This document shows, one piece after another, positions 45,563 through 56,806 of a DNA stretch of 64,000 nucleotides. The number at the start of each line of letters is the position of its first letter. The first letter of the stretch is position 1. The notes under the pieces were generated by a model. The model saw only the letters and a program-made list of their open reading frames with translations, was not told the origin of the DNA and made no database searches. Source of the stretch: Takakia lepidozioides (Eukaryota > Plantae > Bryophyta). The stretch spans positions 34,906,001 to 34,970,000 of the forward strand of contig CM060733.1 in assembly GCA_030704615.1 (NCBI GenBank). The letters are read 5' to 3'. Position numbers and translations under genes: made by a program.

Positions 45563-45786
45563 CTGTTCCTGGCTTACGAGTTTGTTGAGGAGGGAGCTCT
45601 CAACGATCGTTTTCATAACGCTGCTGCAAATGGGCATCGGCCATTACCGTGGTCAGGCAGAGTGCAGATAGCCTTGGATGTAGCGGGGCTGGAGTACATC
45701 CACGATTACACCAAAGGCCCACTATGTCCACCGTGATGTCAAGACCTCCAACATTCTGCTCGATGGCCTCTTCCGTGTTAAGGTGT
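45563..45786 (+). pseudogene. Receptor-like kinase fragment (LysM-RLK/LYK3-like subdomains IV-VII)
   Basis: LFLAYEFVEEGAL...LPWSGRVQIALDVAGLEYIHDYTK, then a frameshift, then HYVHRDVKTSNILLDGLFRVKV. Confidence 0.75.
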
Positions 45787-46006
45787 TCGTCTGACACAAT
45801 GTGAGAGGGAGGGGGCAGGGTGGGGGGCTAGCTAAGAAGATATGATCAGTACAAACGACCGGAGCAGTTGCTTGAAGGGGCTCCACTGATTGAACTGTTT
45901 CTAGAACTTGTTGTGGTCTACATGAGAGACAAGTCTGTGGATGTCCTCCTTGTATGGCTGGGGCCAATGAGGACGTAATTGAAGGGCAGGTCTCTTCTCT
46001 TAGCCT

Positions 46007-47470
46007 GTGCACACAAGGAGACAAGATTATGATGCTACAGTGTGTAACTTACTTTCTGTTGATCAATTCTGGTTTGACAAAATAGAGATTGCGGTGCAAC
46101 AGGACATATCCTACTTTACTGAGAGTCAAGTTTTGGCGCCAAGACGACCTGACTCTGACCCGGCGGTGATCGCTACGGACTCTCTCTCTTTGACAAGGCA
46201 AGTTGTGGCTTCGAGGAACGATGCTCGTCTGTCTCGTGACGTGGTCAAGTCCCATTTCTTGAATCATCAGGTTATGTCGTGGAAAGAACCAGGGCTTCAC
46301 CTTCCTTTATCTATTGAACATGTTCACCGTGATTGGCTGGTCTCCTCCTTTGTCGAGCCATCTTGGCTGTCGTTAGCTCTCCGAGGTACGGGCTCTCTCA
46401 TTCTACTACTTCTTCGTTTTCAACACGAGCCAAGCAAGGGTCTGCCACCGTCGATCGACCTGCTTCAAGGATTGTCGTCGGATAGTCTGTTTGGCCGAGC
46501 TTCCGACATTGTCATTTTGCCAGGGACTTTGTTTGACGATCAACGGCTTGTCAGACCTGAGGTGCTTGAAAATCTTGATCGCTTTCCTGTTGAATCAGTG
46601 CTATCTCGCATTTGGGAGAAGGAGAACTCTACCTGTGTGTCCTTTGGGTTTAAGACCACGAGCACGTGGAAATGGTGGGCGCTCTCTATGCACGATTCTG
46701 ACTCTCATGACATTACCAAGGTGATCTCATGTTCAACCTGGCCTTGAATTAAGGGCGATCGTGGTATTGCGGGCTGCTGTAGCAGGTTGCTACCCATCCC
46801 TGTTCACCGACTTGGCTTAATCAGAACTCTTGTTGGTATTCGTTGCTTCCAGGTTATCTCTCTACTATTCCTATATCTTGGCATGCTTTTGCTCGTGTGG
46901 GCATTGATTTGGTAGGACCCCTCGCACTCACATCAAAGGGTCGAAGCTATCTTTGTGTAGCTACCGACTACTTGACTAAGTGGGTAGAAGTTAGGGCTTT
47001 GCGTACCAAGACTAGTGATGTTGTAGCTCAGTTCTTCTTCAATGAGATCCTTATGCGGCATGGGTGTCCTCGGGAGATACTAACGGATCAGGGCAAGGAG
47101 TTTTGTAACCAGCTCCTCACGGTGGTGTGCTTCAACTTTGGTGTCAAGCATTCCACCACAGCCCCATACCATCCCCAGACCAATGGCCTTACGGAACGCT
47201 TCAACCACACTCTTTGCCGCATGTTGGAGAAGAATGACGCGCTTACCAGGGAGTGGGATACCTTTCTTCCCCCTATTCTCTTTGCTTATCGCACCGCCGT
47301 GCATGCTAGCACTAAGAAGACTTGCAAGTGTGTTTCTCCTTTGCATTCTACCCCTCTTATTTCTACTGTAGCTAAGCCGGTTGATCTTGACACCTTTGTT
47401 GAGGACCTTCATGCTCGGCATGCGGTGTCCATCCATGCTGCCAAGACGAACATTGGTAAGGCTCAGCTCA
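46007..47470 (+). mobile_element. Ty3/gypsy pol remnant with integrase core
   Basis: VGIDLVGPL, VATDYLTKWVE, ILTDQGKEF, YHPQTNGLTERFN (D,D35E) and LFAYRTAVH in ORF 46843-47601. Confidence 0.9.
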
Positions 47471-47764
47471 CCCAGCCCGTACTTTTAATAAGCGTGTCAA
47501 GTATTCTAACCTTTTTCAAGTGGGACAGACCGTGTGCATTCGGCTGCAACATGGTAAGCATGCATGCAAATCTAAGCTTAAGATCGACGGTCCATACTTG
47601 ATCTATGAGCTTTTACGTGGGCAACCACGCGCATGATGAACCTGTTTCTCTCACAGATCTGGTGCATTCCGAGCTGGTCTTTGATCTTATGTGCATCAAT
47701 GTGGAGGGACGTACGGTGGGTGATGTCTTGATCTTCTTCAGATTGGTTTTTTTGGCGGATTAGT

Positions 47765-47849
47765 TGTCGTGCGCATACGTATCGCTACACAACTACATCG
47801 TTGTCCAAACCACACCACACATATATACACAATAAAGTAGTCTGCCACA
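47765..47849. repeat. Short TG...CA repeat (85 bp), second copy of the putative short LTR at 48210-48280
   Basis: TGTCGTGCGCATACGTATCGCTACACAACTAC...AATAAAGTAGTCTGCCACA occurs at both places. Confidence 0.8.
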
Positions 47850-47852
47850 ATA

Positions 47853-48207
47853 GAAATGAAAACTAAACTCACTCTGTCTCTTGACACAAAAACACGAAAA
47901 TACAATACAATCACTCGTTAAAATAAGAGTCGAGCCAGAGGCACCCCAAGCTATGGGGACTCCACCCCACAACATCCTACTCTCCTTCCATAAGTACACT
48001 CAGATGCTAAGCGGCGAGGGAGCTCGGTCGTGCAGGCTCAACTCGAGAGAGATGGGCCGCACGATTCACGAGCTCGTGAAGATAAGATGGTTCAAGTGTC
48101 AAGCTAAACTTGACACCTGACTTAACACTTGAACTAATTCCAAGTGTTAAATACAAATAACTAGATTTATTCTAGTTAGTTTCACACTGTGTTTATTTAA
48201 CTTGACA
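47853..48207 (-). repeat. Inverted copy of the 44014-44368 repeat
   Basis: Reverse complement of 44014-44368, ending CTTGACA at 48207. Confidence 0.88.
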
Positions 48208-48537
48208 GCTGTCGTGCGCATACGTATCGCTACACAACTACCACACCACACATATATGCACAATAAAGTAGTCTGCCACAATCGCCCCCCTAGCTGGTGG
48301 TTAGGTCCCTCTAAATCCAGATAGCCACAAGATGTAATAGCCACAGCCGTACTAAGTCCTCTATCACTGTCCCTATTGTACTCAAACTCTATAGACCAAG
48401 AGGCCGGGTACAAGAGCAACCCCATCGTTAGTCGCCGTCTTGCAATCTGTGAACTTGAGTCAGGATCTCGTGTGTTGGTCTTCTAGTAGCTTGGCCTTGC
48501 ATTTCTTGTTAGCCTTCCATGGTTGTATCTACTCCCA

Positions 48538-48690
48538 CTATCCAATGCAATGCGGACATAACCAATCCCCATCAGGAACCATCTCAAGAGGTGGAGTCAA
48601 GCATCCCATATGCCAACCTCTAGAGCATTGATCACACACCAGCATGGTGGCTGCCCCTCTAGCAGACCCATACAACATGCACCTCAAACT
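48538..48690 (-). other. PHD finger at the integrase C-terminus
   Basis: CMLYGSARGAATMLVCDQCSRGWHMGCLTPPLEMVPDGDWLCPHC matches C4HC3 with the second Cys changed to Tyr. Confidence 0.9.
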
Positions 48691-50667
48691 TGCAGGTACC
48701 ACTGCCAGATTTGGGTCAACCCTTCCATCAACATTTGGAAGGTGACATGGCGCGCAATTACGCACATGGTCCTTCAAAATCAGGCCATCCCGACCCTCCA
48801 AGATCAGGACTCCTGAGGGCAACACCTCTCGAACCCTCAAATTAGTACGTCACATCCAAGGTCGTAGGAACAGTCTGCTGCAGATAAACATAGTCACCAG
48901 GTTTAAATCTCCAAACCCAGGATGGATGAAGCCCCCACCACGTATGGTAGCAACCTCAACGTATCACGATGTTGTGCAATGGCAAGGTTCTCGAAGCCAT
49001 GGGCATGACTTTCTTGAACAACTTTGCACGCTGATCACATGCACGTGCCCACATGTCCGGATCGTCAAGGTTGAGAGCTGTAGCAGCTTCTCTATGAATG
49101 GATGCAAGCAAATCCGGCTCTCGGCCAAAGAGAAAAAAGTATGGTGAGAAGGAGGCAAGTGATGCTTGCTTGCTGAAACTGTAGCTCATGGCTAACCAAG
49201 GTAACTGAAGGTCCCAATCTCCTAGGTGTCCCTTCTGCAAGCCATACTTGCGCAAACCCCTCTTCACTGTCTGAACAACCCTCTTTGCCAAGCCATCGGC
49301 CTCAGGATGATCCCGAGAAGTGGTTGCGGTGGTCTATCAAGGCCTTGTCACACAACGCCTGAAACTCCCCCAAGCATTCTCTCTCTTGGTCCGTGAGTAC
49401 CTCAGCTGGAGCACCGAATCGGCTAAGTACATGATCCAAGAATGCATACGCAGCTCCCTCACTAGCCTTATCAGGCAATGGAACCAACTCGATCCACTTG
49501 GAGAAGTGCTCCACCATCACGAACACGTACTTGTTGCCCCAACACAATCCTACTCCACCTGTAGCCCAATCCCATAATCGGAAGAGGGTGCAATTGTGGT
49601 GTAGGGGTGTTGAATGAAGCACGCACCCTGTCACACACCATTCATCTAGCCACAAATTGTTGCACCTTTGTGTGCATACCACTCCACCAGTACTGCCCCT
49701 GCAGTAGACTATAAGTGCGTCGCACCCCAAAATGCCCCAACTCCTCATGGGCATGCCGCACTAACCGTGCCCGCTGTGTTGGGTGAGGCACAATCCTCAC
49801 TCGACCATCCTCCCACACTCGGAGCAAGTGTGTCCCCTCCCACTTGAACCTCTTGGCTCGTTGTAGGATCTGATCCCTTTCCTTGGCAATCATAGTGGCT
49901 GTCATGTCTCCAATGCGGAGATAGTCCAACACAGCTGAATCCTCATGTATATCTTTGGCGCCACCTTGCTCATTGCTGGCCTCAGGGTCCTCAGACACTC
50001 GGTCTACAGTCATCCCTGTTGTAGGTCCAACCTGGTCTTCCGTTGCCAAGATACATAGAAATGCAGATGCATGCCATCCGGGCACCATCTCCTCGTCCGT
50101 CTCACCATGCCACCGAGCTCCAGTGTCATCCTGCTAGCTTGTGCATGGATTGCGACTCAACCCATACGCATCTCGATTGACCAAACCCGGTCGATGCACA
50201 ACCTGAAAGTCATACTCTTGAAGTATGAGCGCCCACCTTGTAAGCTTCCCCGTAAGCTTGTCTGACTCCATCAACCACTTGAGTGGCTGGTGATCCATGA
50301 CAAGGGTAAAGAGATTGCCATATAGATAGCACCTGAAGTGTGCCACGGCCCACACTGCAGCTAAGCACTCTCCCTCATATGAGCTATACTTAGCCTCTGC
50401 AGCGTTGTTCGAGCGACTGACATAAGCCACTACGAACTCCCTTCCCTCATCATCCACCTATGTGAGCACCGCTCCAAGCCCTAGCATGCTCCAATCTGTA
50501 TGCAGCTGAAAATGACGCCCCCTCAAGCTCCCAGTTGTCCTCCGTGACTGCAACCTTGAGTCCAGCAGGCTTAGAGGTAGAAGATGCATCCCGTGGTTAC
50601 TATGCTGCAACCTCTTGAGCAGTGACCACTGCCTGCTCTGTTAGTGATAATGTCTCATCCTGCCCCA

Positions 50668-51861
50668 TCATCCCATCCTTAAGGACTCCTCAACCCAAGA
50701 AAAATCCCCAACCTCATCCATCACCGCCACCTTGGCTGCCAACTCCTTCTGAACCTCGAGCACCTCCCACGTGTGCCATGGATGTGGCATGCACCTCATG
50801 GTCCTCACCTGTTCGCCCCCACTTGCTGCCTGTATCGTCTCAGTAGGTAGAGAGACTATCAAGGGAAATATACTCCATACTCTGCGCTGCTCAGCCATAG
50901 CCAAGCTGATAATCCAGGTCAAGCAATTGAGATCCATGGCTTGCCCCAACACCTGACGACGTGATGCCTCAGAAAGAGATGGCACCGCCGTGGTACCAGT
51001 GGTAAAACCCATTGCCCGCTCGCGCTCGTCAGCATTGGGCTCCACTAACTGCTGCAACTGGCTATCCCACAAGAGGCCAGGTCCACCATCCCGGAAAGCA
51101 TGAGATTCTGGAAAGCTGAGCAGTGTAGGCAATGTTGCTCGTGGGTGACCCACCTTATTGACCACTGCCAAAGGTGATCGGTCATCATGTCTCACACGCT
51201 GAGACTGCCTCCCTATGTCCAAAATGCTATCCACCGTCAGGTTTGGTGGCCGCTGCACCCCATCAAATGCACGCTTGAGCAATGCAGGTGGTATCAAGTT
51301 GGTCCACCATAGTCGTGGCCGATGAGCCCGTGACCCCACTGCAGCTGCATCCAGCAACACTGCTGACCCAAGCCAAGACCGCACTTGATGTACATTGGCC
51401 ATCACCTTGGCTCGAGAATCACCCATCAATGGCACATTCTCCAAGATATATGTCGGAGAGTCTGTCTGCTGAAGCTGTAAATAACGCAGGACCCTCAACA
51501 TCTCCCAAAACAGGTGTGACCTTGAGTCTTGTAACCCATTGCCATACCCAGCTGATGAATGCCCTTAGCAGGGCCAACCTGCCACTACTAAGTGAATAGG
51601 GCCAACCCGCTCCAAATCATGCGCCCCCAGCAAGGAGATGTCTGCTGGCAAGTCTTGTTAGTATCTACGAACTGCAGACACTGGCAACAAATCAGGGTAC
51701 TGTTGCACCAACTGAGCAACATGGCGCAGTGAGATGCATCGTGCAGTCTCATCCCTCTCCACATATAGGTAACGTCGAACTCGTACACTTGTCTGCAGCA
51801 CTGCAGCCAATCTAGTGCTAATCCCGCCAAACAAGTCCAGAAGGCATATGCCTTCATCCGG
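50668..51861 (-). pseudogene. Retrotransposon-encoded C5 cytosine DNA methyltransferase domain (Dnmt3-like), two in-frame stops
   Basis: One reading frame contains motif I ICLLDLFGGIST, IV LVVAGWPC*GHS, V DSRSHLFWE, VI YILENV, VIII SRAHRPRLWWTN, IX ERERAMGFTTGTT and X RRQVLGQAM. TAA stops at 51658-51660 and 51565-51567. Confidence 0.93.
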
Positions 51862-54800
51862 GCACTATCACACAAGAGGTGTGGTATCCAATGGCGACAA
51901 CTGAGGTGGTCCTGGTGCAATCACCGCACTCTCCTCCTCTCCTGACGGTACAAATGCCTCTACCCAGGCTTGTTGCACCCGTCTATCAGCAGCCTGCTGC
52001 AAATCCTTGCTCGTACCCCACAATGGAGTGTAAGCGACCATGGTAGGCAACTCCGCCGTACCATGCATGTCATCCTACTCTGCTGGAGGTGGCACATCCT
52101 CTGCATGGGCATTGCCCTCCAACAACTCTCTAGGCCAACTAACTGCAGCTGTGAAGGCTGCTAATGTTGGCATCTTGCCCCGTCGAGCAGCAGCAACACC
52201 CCCAATGAACGTCATAGGGAGCTGTACACGACGACCATCCCCTGACTGCCATCCAGGCCTGTAGGATGCTGATTTCTCCCAAAAATCCAGGGTGAAGCCC
52301 ATGGGACACAACACTGCCCCACCAACGAGGATATCGTAAGAGACCGCGTCTGTCACAATGGCCTTGGCTCGCATCACTGAGCCATCTATAGGATGATCCG
52401 GCTGTAGTCTAATGGCCAACTCACGCCGTGTCATGCCCCGAGCCTGCTCCGATCCTCCCAGAGATGTCTGTATCTGGAAGGGACAAGGCTTCATATCCTC
52501 CTCCATGAGGCCCAAACCTGCAATAGTGGCTTTGCCTAACATCAGTGGCTGAGCTCCCGAGTCCAACAAGACCTGCAGTGGCTGGTACCTCTTGCCTGCC
52601 GGTCCACTCAAAGAGAAAATGTCATCTTGGTTGTCTAACAAGACAACTCCAGGTGTCACCATGGCGCGCTCAAATGCTAGCCTAACTGGCAGCTCCGTCA
52701 ACCTGTTAGCTGCAGCTTGCCATGGCGTAGCCGTGGCAGTCTTGACCCTCAAATCCGAGGATCCCTCTGCCACTACACCTTCCACTCACTCCGCAGAAGA
52801 TGAAGTGACCTCCCCACTCTCACAGAGTGTTGCTGCTAGTTTGAACACTGCAGCTGGTCTTACCCCCGACGTCACAATCATGGTTGCCGAGAACAGTGGG
52901 GCCTGACACACAGAGGTGGCCGCCCCCAACAACACACTAGCTGCACTAGCCTTGGCAGCAGTTGTCAGTGCTGCACGTGTAGCTCTTCCCAATGGCACAA
53001 TAACCTCCGTCTCGGTATCCGTGGGGCGAGAATTAGGTGCCATGGATGTCGTCGACACTGTCTCCGCCAAGATGAATGATTGAGGAAACCTAGCCTGACG
53101 GCTTGCCTCCCCACGTTGTGAATCCAACTCCACATCTGCACCTCGTGGCTCAGGAACTCGTGCTGCTCCTCGAGTGATGGCTGCTGCAGCAGACTCCACC
53201 TGCACTAGTGGTAGTGCTGCCCCACACATAAATCCCATGCCTCCCATGTCTCCTCCGTCAGGATGACGCTGCTGAGGAGGAACAGGAGGTGGACCCTCAG
53301 GTCTTGGAGCTGGTACCACCTGAGCTGTGGCCATGGCAGCAAGCCTTTGCTCTAGCTGCTGAAGCCGGTTGGCCATACCTTGGTCAACACCCTGACCTCC
53401 ACGTCCTTGGCCATACTGTGCTTGCCCTTGTCCTGCACCTCGTGCCTGAGCACCTCGTCCTCTCTGAGGTGCTCCACCTCACCCTCGGCCACCATTGTTC
53501 CCTTGGAACTGGCCTCGCCGCAACTTAGGGTGCAAGTCATAACACTGGGCATCTCCATGCCCATACTTGCCACAATGCCCACACTTGCAACTGTGCAGGC
53601 TGTGCTTGTGCCAGCCCTTTGCCACTTTCTGGGCAATCTTTCTTGACATGGGGTCCTCCACATGTCCAACATACCACCTCTGGTTGCTGTTGGCCTGCAA
53701 AAGAAGCTACTAGCCTCTGCACCTGAGGTCCCCTGTAAGCTCCATGGAATTTGGGTTGGGCAACCTTGCCCCCCTAACCACGTTGTTGGGCAGTCCCTTG
53801 TACCTATTGGCTGGCAGCTGCGCCTCGTGCAGGCATGTCCTTGCCAAATCCAATGGTAACAACTCGCTCCTCCACCATGTTGAGCTCAATCCGCTCAGCC
53901 AGCAAAAACACATCTGCTAATGTGGGCTGGGCCGCTTGTAACAGGGTTGCATCCCACACCCTTCTCCTGAGCTCCTTGTCCAAAATTCCATACCAGAAAT
54001 GGACTGCCTGAGCTTCAGTAACTCCTTAGGTCACACTTATCAAGCGCCTCATACGAGTGTAGGCCTCTCACAAGCTCTCACTGGATTTGAGTTGGAAGTC
54101 TTGCAAACTTCGTAGCTTCTCTGTCCTTACGCCTTGGTAGTATGTCCGCAACTCCTGGAAGAACTCCACCACCGGGTTGAATCTAGGCATATGTGTTGTA
54201 GTCGTGGCAGGAGGAGTAGTAGCACCTTTTGAATTGGTACCACCTGCAGAAGTACCGGCACTACTTGTTCTACTACTAGTGCTGGCAGTGGGAGATATTG
54301 GTGCTGATGCAGCTACTGGTCGCGTCGTGCCTCAAGTTATGGAGACATAGTCAGGTGACCAATACATCATCCACTCCTCAATCTCTGCTTCATGTCCTCG
54401 AACTCGTGGTAATCGTCCATAGGCGGGCCTTCCAAATGCTGGAACAGTCCCTTCCATGCCATGAATTTGGTGAACAGCTGTGGATTGCGCATCTGCTGCA
54501 AATCACACCAGCTGTCAAACTCCTAGATAAAGTCATCCAACTCAAATGTGCCCATAGCTCCAGAGTACCTACGAGGCCTCTTGGTAGCTCCATACATCTC
54601 CTCCATGTCGTCCCACAACAATGGCGAATGAAACTGCACACATGTTAATGAAGCCTCCGAGTCTGTGTCTGACTCTGTACTAGTTGAGGGTGGAGGTGAA
54701 GGTGGTCTGAAATGAACACCTCGTCTGGTGAACCCACTCTCACTGCTACTGCCTGTAGCCGTACTCCCATCAAAACCCTTGGGTAACTCCGTGATGACAC

Positions 54801-55765
54801 TCACAACCCGCACCTCCCCCACATGACATTATAAGGCTCTAGTACTAATTATAATAGTGACACGGGTGAGCACCTGTTGCGGATTAAGGGTCATATCCCA
54901 GTGGCTAAGGGCACATGCACCTTCATCCACCGCAAAGAACTCCTATGGTTGGCTGGTCATCAACCCAGCCTCACCATAGAAGAAACACTGGTGGTCTTGC
55001 TGGTCATCATTCCAGCCTCACCATCGACAGCATACTCTAGGATTGACCGGTGATCAAATCCGGCCTAATCCCTATGAAAGCAAGCGCCCACACAAAACCA
55101 ACATGGCGCACAGTCAAGCATGCAGGTGTGGGGGGGATCCAAACACAAGAAACCAAAACATCAACACCCCCATACCAAAATCCCTCCACAGTGCTGCTCC
55201 TGCAGAATACCCCAGCCCAAAAACCCCGGACTGACTGGCCTCCACCAAGAGAGGCTTTGGCAACGACAAATACAAAGTAATGAAAATAATAAAGAGAGGG
55301 AGGGGAAGAATAGAGGTCCGACCAAACAAGATCTAATTCTGATCTATGCTATCAACTGCCAGACTTCTCTCAAAGTGCCTCGCTCTGCATGATGGTAAGG
55401 TGTGGGAGGTATATCTATATCCAAAAACCTGCCACTAACCTTATCCCAAGCTACAGTAGCTCGCTCTAACCAACCCTCCTCCTCTCTCTTCCAGGTAGAG
55501 ACAAAACAATACTCCCCTATCTCCCGCTCACTGAATACTAAAGAATATAAAGGTAGGGTCTGACAATCTCTCAACTCGAAAGCTTTGAGACGGTTGCGGG
55601 TGTCCTCATTGCGAATGACTGCATCTCCTTCAAGCAGAACAAACCGTTTGTTGCTAATGAACCCCCGTTCGTGGTTGCCTCGTGCAGAGCGTGTCCGGCT
55701 GCAACCACGTCTGATTGCAAAAACTTGTGCAGCTCCTGCTCCTCTGCCCCAATACACCACGGCAA

Positions 55766-56042
55766 CTGCCTGACACAAGGTCAGGCCGCCACTTATACAA
55801 ACCCTAGCTGCATGTCTTCCTGACACGTGGCGAGACGTGTCAGGCTGAGCCCGCGGCGCCACATCAAAACCCTAGATCTATTGAACGGCCATGATGCAAC
55901 CACAAGCCATAACTAACCCTGGCTATGATATCCGCATAACGGTTCAACGGTATTTTAAGCTAAAAACAAATACTACGAATGAGTATCGTCGCTTTGGATG
56001 AATAAGGTAAATTTGTGATGAGGAAAGTTTGGGGCATCACAT
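55766..56042. repeat. Dispersed ~277 bp repeat, copy 2 (see 43452-43728)
   Basis: Direct repeat alignable by eye. Confidence 0.85.
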
Positions 56043-56806
56043 CACCATGCACTCGTCAGCGACTACCTGCCCACTAACCTTCATCCACGTGGATGAACTG
56101 TACAAATTTCTTCCTACCTACCAGATGCACAAGCCCCCCAAATTTCGGGAGATTCCACCATGTAGTTTGGGAGATTATATGATTTGTAGATGGTACATTT
56201 TTTGGAAAATGAAAAAAAAAAGCAAAACTTCATGTTTGACCAAGCAAATTATCCATGATCCCAAATTTTCCTGGGAGAAAAGTGTTGTATTCCGGTGAAG
56301 TGCACAATCCCAAACTAGCACAGTCTGCCCAAGAATTTCCCAAAAATACCCTAAATTGCATTTGGGATGTGGGATTTTGTGAAATTTCCGGCCTCCTCCA
56401 GGTCAGGCAATCAGTGGCCGGAATTTCGCCTGAATCCGGCGACGTTTTCTGGGCCACGTCGACATTTCCCATTATTTGTCAGGGCCAGCTCATTTGAGCC
56501 GTCCCAATGTTCCTCGGCGTTTTGGGGAGGGCCTCACAAGCACCCGACTGTAACTGTCGGGTTCCTTCTTTGTGGACTTGTTGCTGACATGGGACAAGCC
56601 CGACAAGCAATTTTACACACTGAACTGAGGGGGAGTCGAACCCCCTGATCTGCCCTCATATACAGACAGCCCCCCCCCCCACACACACACACACACACCC
56701 ACCTACCCACACACTCTATCCGCCATGTCCTGAGGCCAGCATAGCAACATCAAACACCTGCAGATGCGGTTCCCACCTACACACACACACACACACACAC
56801 ACATGC

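Larger units (their letters stand above)
48210..54822 (-). mobile_element. Ty3/gypsy LTR retrotransposon (degenerate, RT deleted): gag-CCHC, protease, C5 DNA methyltransferase, RNase H, integrase, PHD finger
   Basis: Gag region ~54822-53900 and zinc knuckles CWTCGGPHVKKDC and CGHCGKYGHGDAQC. Protease VLLDSGAQ (52075-52785). DNMT ~51861-50900. RNase H LHTDWS...EGECLAAVWAV...DHQPLKWL (50134-50522). Integrase HEELGHFG, VEHFSKWIE, VLTDQ. PHD at 48538-48690. Polypurine tract AGGGGGG-CG-AT abuts a TG...CA repeat at 48280-48210. No 5' LTR was found. Confidence 0.92.

Noticed and set aside
44014-48207. Pack-MULE with 355 bp TIRs capturing a kinase fragment
   Set aside because: No 8-11 bp TSD (CTAACACTA versus GCTGTCGTG), TG terminus, and a third unpaired copy at 60007-60305. 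An LTR-like dispersed repeat is more likely.
51565-51660. Stops in the DNMT repaired by U-to-C RNA editing or readthrough
   Set aside because: Reverse editing is organellar. Similar CAA/CAG/TGG-derived stops occur in all TE remnants here, consistent with ordinary deamination of methylated cytosine.
55460-55475. Possible primer-binding site (minus strand TGGTTAGAGC) for the DNMT-gypsy element
   Set aside because: No adjacent LTR copy and not a clear match to a tRNA 3' end.
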